Part shown: piece after piece, positions 19,854 to 29,615 of the stretch | Layout: each line of letters starts with the position of its first letter | Numbering within the stretch: position 1 is the stretch's first letter | Assembly (NCBI GenBank): GCA_035285865.1 | Contig: JAYKHS010000002.1 | Location: 1-61,657 of the forward strand | DNA from: Candidatus Sericytochromatia bacterium | Lineage (GTDB): Bacteria > Cyanobacteriota > Sericytochromatia > S15B-MN24 > VGJW01 | Direction: 5' to 3' | Length of the DNA stretch: 61,657 nucleotides | Notes under the pieces: model-generated | The model's input: the letters and a program-made list of their open reading frames with translations, nothing else | What the model was told of the DNA's origin: nothing | Database searches by the model: none | Made by a program: the position numbers and the translations under genes

Positions 19854-21098
19854 ATGACGCGAACGTTGAAATGGGGCGCAGGCCTGGCGATCGTCGCAGG
19901 CATCGGGACGCTGGCCGCCTGGCCTCGGGCTCTGGAGGCCGAGGTCGTGGCCGTACGCAAGGGCTCCGTCGTCGAGGCCATTTATGCGACAGGTACCGTG
20001 ACAGCCCGGCGCTCTTCCGGCATGCGGGTCCGCGTGGCCGGCACGGTTCGGCAACTGCCCGTGCCCGTCGGTGGACGTGTGGCCGCGGGGGATGCCGTCG
20101 TCGCGCTGGAGGCTGCCGAGCCCCGGCGTGCCGTCGCCGAAGCCGAGGCCGCGCTGGCCCAGGCGGAGGCCGCCACGCAACAGGCCGCACGTCAGCTCGA
20201 CGTGCTGGTCCGAGGCGCCCGTCCCGAAGAAGTGACTCAGGCTCAGGCTGCCCTGAATCAGGCCCGCGTCGATCTCAGGGGCGCCCAGCAGGATCTGGAT
20301 CGGGCCGAACGCCTGTCCGGTTCCGGCGCCACGACTCCTGCCGCCCTCGAACAGGCCCAGCAGCGTCGGGAAGCGGCCGGGGCGCGCGTCCGCTCGGCCG
20401 AAGCGCAACTCGACCTCCTCCGCAAGGGTACCCGCGGCGAACAGGTGCAGGGCGCGCGTGCCCAGGTCCGGGCGGCCGAGGCCGTGGTCCGCCAGCGCCG
20501 CGTCCAGCTCGAGCGAGCCCGGGCCGGCGTCGGGGACTACGTCCTCGCAGCACCCTTCACGGGTGTGGTGGCTGCGCTCGAGGTCCGCGAGGGCGACATG
20601 GTCACGCCGGGCAGCCGGGTGGCGCAACTGGTCGACCCGACGGTCTTCGAGATAAGGACCGCCATCGACGAGGCCGACATCCTCAAGGTTGCGGTGGGGC
20701 AGGAAGCCGTGGTGGCCCTCGATGCCCTGCCCGACGCGACGTGGTCCGCCCGTGTGGTGCGGGTGGCGCCGCGGACCGACCCGGTGGCCAAAACCGCCGA
20801 GGTGGCCCTGCGCCTCGATGCACCGCCGGCCCGCCTGATGGAGGGCCTGACGGCCTCGGTCAACCTCGTGACGGCCCGGCGCGAGGGCCTGGTGGTGCCA
20901 GCGTCGGCACTGGTCAGGCAGGAACGCGCGACGTGGGTCTGGACCGTGGGCCCGGACGGCGCGTTGGCCACGGCCAGCGTGAAGGCCGGGGCGACCAGCG
21001 GCGAGACCGTCGAGATCACCGGGGGACTCGAGGCCGGGGCGCGCGTCGTGGCCCGCGCCGACAACAGCCTGAAGGCCGGCCGCAAGGTCAAGGTCTGA
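19854..21098 (+). CDS. HlyD/MacA-type periplasmic adaptor with a long alpha-hairpin
   Basis: N-terminal anchor, lipoyl half-motifs (V.VGGRV..GD; APFTGVV...V.EGD.V), repeated G.R.E.V..A.A coiled coil. Confidence 0.92.
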   Translation: MTRTLKWGAGLAIVAGIGTLAAWPRALEAEVVAVRKGSVVEAIYATGTVTARRSSGMRVRVAGTVRQLPVPVGGRVAAGDAVVALEAAEPRRAVAEAEAALAQAEAATQQAARQLDVLVRGARPEEVTQAQAALNQARVDLRGAQQDLDRAERLSGSGATTPAALEQAQQRREAAGARVRSAEAQLDLLRKGTRGEQVQGARAQVRAAEAVVRQRRVQLERARAGVGDYVLAAPFTGVVAALEVREGDMVTPGSRVAQLVDPTVFEIRTAIDEADILKVAVGQEAVVALDALPDATWSARVVRVAPRTDPVAKTAEVALRLDAPPARLMEGLTASVNLVTARREGLVVPASALVRQERATWVWTVGPDGALATASVKAGATSGETVEITGGLEAGARVVARADNSLKAGRKVKV

Positions 21099-21101
21099 GC
21101 C

Positions 21102-22346
21102 TTGGCGCTTCCCTGGTTCATCGCGGTACGCCACCTGGTGACGCGCCGTCGGCAGAGCCTGCTGACCATCCTCGGCGTGGCGCTCGGCGCGATGATCATG
21201 GTGACGACGCTCTCGCTGACGGACGGCCTCATCACCGACATCGAGGAAACCATCATCGAGGCCTCGCCTCATCTCGTCGTGAAGGCCGAGGAAGTGGCCG
21301 GACGTCCCGAGCGCCTCACCCAGGCCGATGTCGTGGCCTTGGTGCGGCGGGGCAAGCGGGCCAAGGTCGATCGCCTCAAGGGCGAGGCCGGTCTGCGGAC
21401 GCTCGTGTCGGGTGAGTCGGGCGTGCTGGCCGTTGCTCCCTATGTCGAGGTACGTGGCATCCTGCGGCGCGGCAACCGGTTCCGGCCAATCGTGGCGAGC
21501 GGCGTGCTGCCCGACGTGGAGGCCCGCGTCACGCGCATCGCATCCCGCATGCAGGCGGGCCGGCTGGAAGCCCTTGCCGAGAGCCGCGAGGGCATCGTCC
21601 TGGGGCGCCTGCTGGCCAAGGCACTCGGCGTCGGCGTCGGGGACCGGGTGCGCCTGACGGATGCCGAAGGTCGCGTGTGGCCCTTCCGCGTGGCCGGCAT
21701 CTTCAAGTCGGGCATCAAGAACATCGACGAGGCCCAGGCCTACATGGCCATTGACATGGCCCGCGACCTGCGCGGCTGGGGCCCCGGAACCGCATCGGGC
21801 CTTGCGGCGCGCGTCAGCGACCCCCGGAAGGTGGCCGGCGTCGCGGCGGCGGTCGTGGCACGGACGGGCCACGTCGCGGACACGTGGGAAGAGCGGAACC
21901 GCACCATCATCGCGAGCTTCAGGCGCAACAACCTGACGACGCTCATCCTCGTGGTGTTCACGTTCATCGTCTCGGGCTTCGGCATCACGAACGTGCTCAA
22001 CACCGTGGTCCTCGAGAAGGTCAAGGACATCGCCGTGCTGAAGGGCATGGGCCTTTCGGTGCAGGCCGTCACGCGCATCTTCCTGATCGAGGGGCTGGTG
22101 CTGGGCGTGGTGGGAGCCCTCTCCGGCGCCCTGCTCGGCTTCGGCCTGTCGACCCTGATCGGGGCGCTGCCGTTCAGCTATGGCGATGCCGCATTCGTCC
22201 AGACGGACCGGATCCTGATGACCCAGCATCCGTGGTTCTATGGCCTCGTCATCGGCTTTTCGGTGCTGCTCTCGGTGATCGCGAGCGTGGGCCCGGTTCG
22301 CAAGGCGGCACGGCTGATCCCCGTGGCCGTGTTCCGGGGGTACTGA
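21102..22346 (+). CDS. ABC permease, MacB/LolE/FtsX family (copy 1)
   Basis: RRRQSLLT..GVALG, V.EK.KDIAVLK.MG, IFL.EG, P..KAA.L.P. Confidence 0.92.
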   Translation: MALPWFIAVRHLVTRRRQSLLTILGVALGAMIMVTTLSLTDGLITDIEETIIEASPHLVVKAEEVAGRPERLTQADVVALVRRGKRAKVDRLKGEAGLRTLVSGESGVLAVAPYVEVRGILRRGNRFRPIVASGVLPDVEARVTRIASRMQAGRLEALAESREGIVLGRLLAKALGVGVGDRVRLTDAEGRVWPFRVAGIFKSGIKNIDEAQAYMAIDMARDLRGWGPGTASGLAARVSDPRKVAGVAAAVVARTGHVADTWEERNRTIIASFRRNNLTTLILVVFTFIVSGFGITNVLNTVVLEKVKDIAVLKGMGLSVQAVTRIFLIEGLVLGVVGALSGALLGFGLSTLIGALPFSYGDAAFVQTDRILMTQHPWFYGLVIGFSVLLSVIASVGPVRKAARLIPVAVFRGY

Positions 22347-22348
22347 CG

Positions 22349-23617
22349 ATGTCCGTTCGGATGCTGCTGGGCCTCGCCTGGCGCCACCTGTCCGGACAGC
22401 GTCGGCAGAGCCTCCTGACGATGGCCGGCGTTGCGCTGGGCGTGATGGTGCTGCTGGTCATCTCGGCCCTGATGAACGGCCTGCTCGTCAGTTTCCGGGA
22501 CACCATCGTCGAGGCCGCGCCGCACCTCGTCATCACGGGCCGGGAAGGCGGCAACCGCGCGGCCCCCCGAATGCTGCTGCCCGAAGGCCTGCCCGGAACG
22601 GTGGTGCAGCTTGCCGACCGCGGTGAGCCCTCCGGCCGCACGGACATCGCCCATCACCCCCAGGTCGTCGAGACGGTGTCGCGCCTGGAGGGCCTGTCGG
22701 TGGTCAGTCCCTACGTCGCCGCCCAGGTCATCGGCGCCACGGCCGCCGAGACCGCACCGGTCTTCGCGCGCGGCGTGTCGCCCATGCTGGCCGATCGCGT
22801 GGTCGGGCTGAGCCGCCGCATCCGCAAGGGCTCGTGGAGCGCCTTCGCCGCCGATCCGGGCACCGTGGCCCTGGGCAGCGAAGCCGCAAAGACTCTGGAC
22901 GTCGGGCCCGGGGAACGCCTGCGGCTGATCGCGTCCGGAGGACAACTGTTCGACGGCCGGGTGGCGGCGGTGTTCACCACCGGCATCAAGGCCCTCGACG
23001 AGCAGGCCTTCATCCACCTGAAGATCGCCCAGAGACTGGAAGAACTGCCCGCGGACCACGTCACGGGACTCGAGCTTCGGGCCGACCGGCTCGATCGCGT
23101 GGACGCCCTGCGCTCGGCCCTCGAGGCCCGCACCGGCCTGGTGGTCGAGACCTGGGAGCAGACGAATGCCAGCATCTTCACGCTCTTCCGCATCATCGGC
23201 ACCATCACGCGCATGCTGGTGGTCTTCACGATCCTGGTCGCGGGCTTCGGTGTCGCGAACGTCCTCGTCACGGTGGTGCTCGGCAAGCAGAAGGACATCA
23301 GCCTGCTGCGTTCCATCGGCTTCACCCGGGAACGCATCATGCGGCTGTTCCTGCTCGAGGGGCTGTTGCTGGGCGTCGGCGGAGCGCTGGCCGGGGCCCT
23401 GCTCGGCTACGTCGCCTGCACGTTGATGGGCTTCATTCCTGCCGGGGGCGACAACGAGTTCGGGGACCAGAAGACCCTCGTGATGGCCCAGGATGCGGCA
23501 ACCTATGCGTGGACGATGCTGCTGGCGCTGGGTGTCTGCCTGGTGGCCAGCGTGGGTCCGGCGCGACGCGCGGCCGGCCTCGCGCCGGTCGAGGTGCTGA
23601 GGGGAGAGACGACATGA
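22349..23617 (+). CDS. ABC permease, MacB/LolE/FtsX family (copy 2)
   Basis: Paralog of the preceding gene (RRQSLLTMAGVALG, KQKDISLLRSIG, PARRAA.L.PVEVLRG); start ATG 22349. Confidence 0.92.
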   Translation: MSVRMLLGLAWRHLSGQRRQSLLTMAGVALGVMVLLVISALMNGLLVSFRDTIVEAAPHLVITGREGGNRAAPRMLLPEGLPGTVVQLADRGEPSGRTDIAHHPQVVETVSRLEGLSVVSPYVAAQVIGATAAETAPVFARGVSPMLADRVVGLSRRIRKGSWSAFAADPGTVALGSEAAKTLDVGPGERLRLIASGGQLFDGRVAAVFTTGIKALDEQAFIHLKIAQRLEELPADHVTGLELRADRLDRVDALRSALEARTGLVVETWEQTNASIFTLFRIIGTITRMLVVFTILVAGFGVANVLVTVVLGKQKDISLLRSIGFTRERIMRLFLLEGLLLGVGGALAGALLGYVACTLMGFIPAGGDNEFGDQKTLVMAQDAATYAWTMLLALGVCLVASVGPARRAAGLAPVEVLRGETT

Positions 23618-24291
23618 CCCTGCTCGAGGCACGGGGCGTCACGAAGGAACTGGCCGTCGCGGGCGCCCCTCCGGCGCGGATTCTGGACGGGGTCTCGCTG
23701 TCGGTCCGGCGCGGCGAGTTCGTCGCCATCACGGGGCCCAGCGGCTCGGGCAAGTCCACCCTCCTCTACCTGCTGGGCGGACTCGACCATCCGACATCCG
23801 GCGAGATCCTGCTCGACGGCCGCAATCTGGCCGCGATGGACGACGATGCCCTGACTCGGCTGCGCAACGAGGCCATCGGCTTCGTCTACCAGTTCCACTT
23901 CCTGCTGCCCGAGTTCACGGCCCTCGAGAACGTCATGATGCCGATGCTGGCAGGTGGACGCGTGCCGCGGCGGGAGGCAGAGGCCCGCGCGCGCGATCTG
24001 CTGGGCGAGGTCGGTCTGGGAGACCGCACGAGCCACCTGCCGCGACAACTGTCGGGCGGCCAGCAACAGCGCGTGTCCATCGCCCGGGCACTGGCCAACA
24101 AGCCGCTGCTGCTCTGTGCCGACGAGCCGACAGGCAATCTGGACACGGCCAACACCGAGCGCGTCGTCGAACTGCTGCTGACGCTGAATCGCACGATGGA
24201 CCAGACGGTGCTCATCGTGACTCATGAAGGCGGCGTGGCCGGCAAGGCCGGGCGGGAAATCCGGGTCGTCGACGGGAAGGTGGCGTCCTGA
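23614..24291 (+). CDS. ABC ATP-binding subunit, LolD/MacB-like
   Basis: [40 protein letters not shown] overlap with the permease. Confidence 0.96.
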   Translation: MTLLEARGVTKELAVAGAPPARILDGVSLSVRRGEFVAITGPSGSGKSTLLYLLGGLDHPTSGEILLDGRNLAAMDDDALTRLRNEAIGFVYQFHFLLPEFTALENVMMPMLAGGRVPRREAEARARDLLGEVGLGDRTSHLPRQLSGGQQQRVSIARALANKPLLLCADEPTGNLDTANTERVVELLLTLNRTMDQTVLIVTHEGGVAGKAGREIRVVDGKVAS

Positions 24292-24296
24292 GGCTG

Positions 24297-25529
24297 GTGA
24301 TCGTGCCTGTCTCGGCCCCGTGGGGGAGACAGGAAGCCTTCATCGTCCGCGAGCTCGCTGCCCTGCTCGAGGCCGGGACTGCGCTGCGCATCCTGCCCCT
24401 GCGCCCGGGCGGGGAACTGTATCACGGCCGGGCTGCGGGCCTCGCGACCTGCGCCGAGGCCAAAGGACTGTTCCATCCGGCCACCTGGCTTGCGCTGGCG
24501 ACGTGGCTGATGCGGCGTCCCGGCAAACTTGCAGAGATTCTGCGCACGATCCTGACCGAATCCCGCAGTCCGCGCATCGTGCTCAAGAACCTCGCCGTCC
24601 TGCCCAAGGCCTGCTGGATCGCCAGTCGGACACGGGCCTTCGGGGGGACGCACGTCCACGCCCAGTGGGCCGGCACCACCACCACGGCCGCATGGATCGC
24701 GGCGACGCTGCTGGACCTGCCCTTCAGCTTCTCGGCCCACCGCTGGGACATCGGCGAGGACAACATGCTGGCGCTCAAGACGCGCCGTGCCGCCTTCGCC
24801 CGGACCAGCGACGGCGCAGGCGCCCGCGAACTTGCCGAAAGGGCAGGACCGGACGCCCCGGCCCCTTGGCTGCTGCATCTGGGCGTAGACCTGCCCGCTT
24901 GCTTGCCGGACCGCCCCATGCCCCCCGCGAGCAGGCTGCGTGTGCTGGTTCCGGCCAACATGGTGCCCAAGAAGGGTCACGCCGTCCTGCTCGAGGCCTT
25001 GACCCACCCGGCCCTTGCGGAAGTCGACTGGCACGTCACATGCGCCGGGGATGGCCCCCTGCTGCCCGAGGTCACGCGCGCCGTGGAATCCCGGGGCCTT
25101 TCCGGGCGCGTGAAACTGGTCGGCATGTGGCCGCTCGAGCGCCTCCATGCCGCGCTGGCCGGATCCGACTTCGACGCCGTGGTGCTGCCCAGCATCGAGA
25201 CCCCCGACGGCGAGACCGAAGGCACGCCGGTGTCGCTCGTGGAAGCCCTCGCCCACGGTCTGCCCGTCATCGCGAGTGCCATCGGTGGCATTCCCGAGTT
25301 GCTCGAGGGGGGCTGCGGCGTCCTGGTGCCCCACAGCCAGCCCGAGGCCCTGGCCCTCGCGATGGCCGGACTCGCCCGCGACCCGGCAGGAGCGCGGGAG
25401 TTGGCGTTGCGCGGCCATCAGCGGGTGCAGGCAGACTATGAGGTCGGCAGCGTCGCCCGGGCCTTGCTCGCGCGCGTCGCGGGCCCGGACGGCTGCGACA
25501 CCCTAGCCGTCGCGACGACCGACGGCTGA
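24297..25529 (+). CDS. Glycosyltransferase family 4 (WcaL-like)
   Basis: HVHAQW, FSFSAH..DI, KKG, GDGP, EG.PVSLVEALA.GLPVIAS..GGIPEL. Confidence 0.9.
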   Translation: MIVPVSAPWGRQEAFIVRELAALLEAGTALRILPLRPGGELYHGRAAGLATCAEAKGLFHPATWLALATWLMRRPGKLAEILRTILTESRSPRIVLKNLAVLPKACWIASRTRAFGGTHVHAQWAGTTTTAAWIAATLLDLPFSFSAHRWDIGEDNMLALKTRRAAFARTSDGAGARELAERAGPDAPAPWLLHLGVDLPACLPDRPMPPASRLRVLVPANMVPKKGHAVLLEALTHPALAEVDWHVTCAGDGPLLPEVTRAVESRGLSGRVKLVGMWPLERLHAALAGSDFDAVVLPSIETPDGETEGTPVSLVEALAHGLPVIASAIGGIPELLEGGCGVLVPHSQPEALALAMAGLARDPAGARELALRGHQRVQADYEVGSVARALLARVAGPDGCDTLAVATTDG

Positions 25530-26432
25530 CCACCACTCCAGCGTCAACCGCAGGCCGTCCTCGAGATCCGTCGCGGGATACCAACCCAGCGCGTCCGCAG
25601 CCCGGGACACATCCAGCACGTTGCGCGGGACATCGAAGGCACGACCGGGCAGATATCGGACCTCCGGAACCCGGCCCGTGACCCGCGCCAGGGCCGCCAC
25701 GAGCTCGTTCAGGGTGGTGCCCCGCCCCCTGCCGATGTTCAGCAGGAGGCCCGGTTCGGGATGGTCCACCGCCTTGGCGAGGGCCTCGGCGACATCGCCG
25801 ACATACGGGAAGTCCCGGACGACGGTGCCGTCTCCCCAGATTTCGATGGGCTCGCCGCGCAGCACGCGCCCCAGGAAGACCCCCACGGCACCCTGGATGC
25901 CGTCCAGCCGCTGGAAGGGACCATAAGGGTTGCTGACGCGAAGAATCGTGTAATCAAGTCCCTTTATTGATTTGTATACTTGCAGATATTTCTCAGTCAT
26001 CAATCTAGTGACACCATAGGAACACGACGGTTCCGTCGGGTGCGTCTCGGGAATCGGGTCCTGGACCGGCGGACCGTAGACAGTCCCCCCGCTCGACACG
26101 AAAACCACCCGGCGCGCCCCGGACCGGGCGGCATGGTCGAAAAGCAGCAACGAATCGGCGACGTTGGTGCGCACGTCATGGGCCGGATCATCGTTGGAGG
26201 TCTTGGGCAACGTGGTGCAGACGAGATGGACCACCACCTCAATCCCCTCCAGGGCTTCCGCAAGCGCCCCGGCATTGCCGAACTCGCCCTGAACCCAGCG
26301 GTCTCCTCCGCCCCAGCCGAAGCGCGGCGGGCTGCGATCCAGCACCGTCACGCGATGCCCGGCGGCCTGCAGGAGGGGCACGGTGTTGGAGCCGATGAAG
26401 CCGTGACCGCCCGTGACGAGGACGTGTGCCAT
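25503..26432 (-). CDS. NAD-dependent nucleotide-sugar epimerase/dehydratase (extended SDR)
   Basis: VLVTGGHGFIG, SSGGTVYG, LRVSNPYGP, IWGDG.VVRD; the catalytic motif reads YGVTR; start ATG 26432 after GGAG. Confidence 0.92.
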   Translation of the reverse strand: MAHVLVTGGHGFIGSNTVPLLQAAGHRVTVLDRSPPRFGWGGGDRWVQGEFGNAGALAEALEGIEVVVHLVCTTLPKTSNDDPAHDVRTNVADSLLLFDHAARSGARRVVFVSSGGTVYGPPVQDPIPETHPTEPSCSYGVTRLMTEKYLQVYKSIKGLDYTILRVSNPYGPFQRLDGIQGAVGVFLGRVLRGEPIEIWGDGTVVRDFPYVGDVAEALAKAVDHPEPGLLLNIGRGRGTTLNELVAALARVTGRVPEVRYLPGRAFDVPRNVLDVSRAADALGWYPATDLEDGLRLTLEWWSAVGRRDG

Positions 26433-26546
26433 GAGAACTCCGGAGGATCGACCGACACGCGGCCGCGCTGACGCATGCCCAAAGGTACACCCCCGGCAGT
26501 GAGGGCTGCGCGTGCCCGGCATGACGGCCCGGATGCCGGGGTCGGC

Positions 26547-26552
26547 TAGAAT
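26547..26552 (+). promoter_or_regulatory. -10 box TAGAAT 6 nt upstream of the flippase GTG (leaderless-type promoter)
   Basis: gcTAGAATggccggGTG; same spacing as at minC and maf. Confidence 0.55.
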
Positions 26553-26558
26553 GGCCGG

Positions 26559-28028
26559 GTGTCGCACGATCAGCAACCGACGCCTCCCACGGCCGCCCAG
26601 GCTCCGATGGGGCGTGCGTTTCTGTCCAGCGGACTGTGGTCGGGCCTGACACTCCTGCTCAACGCCGTGGGCACCAAGGTGCTCGCCATGGCGGCCGGGC
26701 CGGCCGGGATGGGTCGCTACGGCCTCTTCATCCAGGTCATGCAGGCGGGCCTGATGGTGGCCGGCCTTGGCGGTGCCGCTGCCCTGATGCAGGGCCTTGC
26801 GGCCCGGACCACCGCCTTGCACCGCGCCTTCATGAAGACGGTGCTGCGCACCCACGCAGCCTCGACGACCGTCGCCCTCGCCGGCATGGCGGCCTGGTGG
26901 TGGTGGCTGGCCCCGGACAACATCCGGTCCGTCCTGCCCCTGTCGCTGGCCTTGTTCCTGGGACCACTTGTCATGGCCGGCACCTGGCAGGCCCTGATGG
27001 TGGGCCGAATGGGTGCCCGGATGGCCGTCGGCCTGCAGGGCCTCGCCTACGCCATCGGTGCGGCCACCACCCTCCTCGTGACGCTGTCGACGACCTCATG
27101 GATATCCCGGGGGGCCACATGGCCTTATGCCCTGATGGTGGGCGCCAACCTTGCGGTGTCCATTCTCGTGGGAGAGGTCAGTCTCCGGAGGGCAGCTCCC
27201 GTGGCGGAACCGGCCGTCACCGCCGACACCGAGGCGGCCATGAGGCCCTACGGGCAGGTCGCGCTGGCGGCGATGGCCGCAGGTATCGTGGCGCCCGTCG
27301 CGCTCGTCAGCGTCCGGGCCGGCCTCGCGGGAAACGATGGACTCGAGGCCGCAGGGCTTTTCCACGCCGCGTGGATCGTCTCCAACGGCTACCTGCTGAC
27401 GGTGCTGTCGACGTTTGCCGGCCACCTCCTGCCACGACTGGCCGCCACCCGTGACCCGAAGGATCGGGGCCCCCTGCTGGACGAGGCACTGGGCATCGTG
27501 GGCCGTTGGGTCGCACCCCTCGCCACTCTGGGCATCGGTGCCAGGGACGTGGTGCTGGCCATGCTCTTCGCACCCGGCTTCCAGCCTGCAGGCGACCTGA
27601 TGCGGTGGCTGCTGCCCGCGGCGATCTGCAGGGCCATCGGCTGGGTGCTCGCCATGCCGCTCTCGGCTCGCGCGCAACTACGCCCGATGGTGGCCGTGGA
27701 GTTGCTTGCCGGCGCCGCCATGGTCGTGCCGCTCGTACTGGTCCCGAGCGGGCATGCCCTGCTGTCGTGGCTCGGCCCGGCCGTGCTCGCCGGGTCCTTT
27801 GGCCACGCCATCGTCTCGGCCAGACTCGCGATCCGGCACCATGGCTGGACTCCGAGCGCGGCCGTCATCCGTCCGCTGGCACACGCAGTCCTGGTCTCCG
27901 GGGCCGTGGCCCTGAGTCAGGCCCAAGCCACGGAACGGCTCGTCCTGGGGCTTGCAGGAGCAGCCTTGCTGGTCTTTCTCGGGCGCAGGCGGGATGATGG
28001 CATGTCGGCTGCAACGCCAGCCGACTAA
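26559..28028 (+). CDS. Polysaccharide flippase (Wzx/MOP superfamily)
   Basis: About 12 hydrophobic segments; K.LA...GPAGMG.YG, GLEAAGLF.AAW, LLPRL; next to GT4 and the epimerase. Confidence 0.75.
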   Translation: MSHDQQPTPPTAAQAPMGRAFLSSGLWSGLTLLLNAVGTKVLAMAAGPAGMGRYGLFIQVMQAGLMVAGLGGAAALMQGLAARTTALHRAFMKTVLRTHAASTTVALAGMAAWWWWLAPDNIRSVLPLSLALFLGPLVMAGTWQALMVGRMGARMAVGLQGLAYAIGAATTLLVTLSTTSWISRGATWPYALMVGANLAVSILVGEVSLRRAAPVAEPAVTADTEAAMRPYGQVALAAMAAGIVAPVALVSVRAGLAGNDGLEAAGLFHAAWIVSNGYLLTVLSTFAGHLLPRLAATRDPKDRGPLLDEALGIVGRWVAPLATLGIGARDVVLAMLFAPGFQPAGDLMRWLLPAAICRAIGWVLAMPLSARAQLRPMVAVELLAGAAMVVPLVLVPSGHALLSWLGPAVLAGSFGHAIVSARLAIRHHGWTPSAAVIRPLAHAVLVSGAVALSQAQATERLVLGLAGAALLVFLGRRRDDGMSAATPAD

Positions 28029-28040
28029 GGAGTGCTCCCG

Positions 28041-29591
28041 ATGACTACACGCCCGTTCCGTGCGCTGCGCACCCTTTTGCTGGCCGGATGGCTTGCGTGC
28101 CCATTCCCGCTTCCGGCAGGGGCCGAACCCGCAGCGTCGGGCCGTCCGGCTGCCGATGTGGCCACGTCACTGGAAGAACAGACGGACGTGGTCGTCGTGG
28201 GGGCCGGACTCGCCGGACTGACAGCAGCCTATCGCCTGCGACAGGCCGGCCTCGAAGTGGTGGTCCTGGAAGCCAGCGACCATATGGGTGGCCGGATGCG
28301 CTCGGCCAGCTACCCTGAGGGCGTCGGTGCAGAGGCAGGTCTCGAGGAGTTCTGGAACAACAACCCGACCCTATCTCTGCTTAAGGAACTGGGCATCACC
28401 ACGGAAGGTGCGGCGACGGCCTTCTCCAGTTTCGTGCACAAGAGTCGCCTGTATCCGATGGAACAGGAGACCAACGAGGCCTTCGTGGCGGCCACGCTCG
28501 GTGCTCGGGAGCATGCCCGGTTCAAGGCCTGGGACCGCAAGATGCAAGCTGCGTATGCCCGCATCGAGGAGGCGTGGCGTCGGAATGCCCCCGTGCCGGC
28601 GGACCTTGCGCCCCTGCAGGACGTTTCCTTCGCGGACTGGCTCAAGCAGAAGAGCGGACTTTCACCGCTGGCCATCGCGATGATCCGTGCCGAGAGCGAG
28701 CCCGAGTACGGGACGGGGGCAGATCGCATTTCGGCACTGGACGGCATCGCCGAGTGGCATATCTTTTCGGGACAGGGCGTTGGCTCCCGACATGTAGTCG
28801 GGGGCAACCAGAAGCTGGCCGAGGCCCTCGCCGAGCGCATCGGTGGCGACCGGGTCCGGACCGGACATCAGGTCACGCGCATCGCGCAGGACGTCGCGGC
28901 CGGCACGGTGCGGGTCTCGGCCCTGCGGACGCGTGACTATGCCGTACGGCATGTCCGGGCGCGACACGTCGTGACGACCATGCCCCTGTTCCGCCTGTAC
29001 GAGGTGCAGATCGAGCCCCCGCTGACCCCGACCATCCAACAGGCCATAGGCACCCAGACGTGGGGGGCCTATTTCACGGCGCACGTCGTCCTCGACCGCA
29101 AGGCCAGCCGGCACTGGACCCGCGACGGCGAGGTCATCCTGCCCATTCTTTCCGGAGGACCGCTGGGCGTGATCTATGGCGGCCACGACCTGAAGGCCAA
29201 CCCGGAACACACGATGCTCAACCTGCTGGTCACGGGGGACGACGCAGAGCGGTTCAACGCCCGGACCGGTTCGCTGGACGATGTCCGCACCGAAATCGCC
29301 AAGGCACTCGAGAAGATGTGGCCGGGCATCGGCAAGGATGTCCGCTATATGAACTTTGTACGATATCATCCCCGGGCCATTGCCTCATGGCCGGTGGGAC
29401 GGTCCCGATTTGACGCCTTGTCTCGCGCCGTCCGGGAGCCGCAAGGCCGCCTCTACCTCGCGGGCGATTTCACCGAGGGCAGCCACTCGGACGGAGCTGC
29501 ATGGTCTGCCATCCGCGTCGTCAGGCAGATCTGCGCACGCGAGGGGGTGCAGGCGCCTCTGATGCCTGGCACTGGTCTTAAGTCCGAATGA
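28041..29591 (+). CDS. Flavin monoamine oxidase-family protein with an N-terminal signal peptide
   Basis: DVVVVGAGLAGL.AA..L, EA....GGR, GG...LAEALA, GRLYLAGD...GA..S; AAGGAG RBS before ATG 28041. Confidence 0.88.
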   Translation: MTTRPFRALRTLLLAGWLACPFPLPAGAEPAASGRPAADVATSLEEQTDVVVVGAGLAGLTAAYRLRQAGLEVVVLEASDHMGGRMRSASYPEGVGAEAGLEEFWNNNPTLSLLKELGITTEGAATAFSSFVHKSRLYPMEQETNEAFVAATLGAREHARFKAWDRKMQAAYARIEEAWRRNAPVPADLAPLQDVSFADWLKQKSGLSPLAIAMIRAESEPEYGTGADRISALDGIAEWHIFSGQGVGSRHVVGGNQKLAEALAERIGGDRVRTGHQVTRIAQDVAAGTVRVSALRTRDYAVRHVRARHVVTTMPLFRLYEVQIEPPLTPTIQQAIGTQTWGAYFTAHVVLDRKASRHWTRDGEVILPILSGGPLGVIYGGHDLKANPEHTMLNLLVTGDDAERFNARTGSLDDVRTEIAKALEKMWPGIGKDVRYMNFVRYHPRAIASWPVGRSRFDALSRAVREPQGRLYLAGDFTEGSHSDGAAWSAIRVVRQICAREGVQAPLMPGTGLKSE

Positions 29592-29615
29592 CGCCCCACG
29601 TCACGTGAGTCGCAG

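Noticed and set aside
18468..22229. 1253-aa minus-strand ORF
   Set aside because: Antisense shadow of the tolC/adaptor/permease genes; high-GC codon bias suppresses stops and the translation has no domain features.
21102..24291. Naming the ABC genes lolCDE
   Set aside because: Same family, but linkage to TolC and a periplasmic adaptor indicates a MacAB-type exporter.
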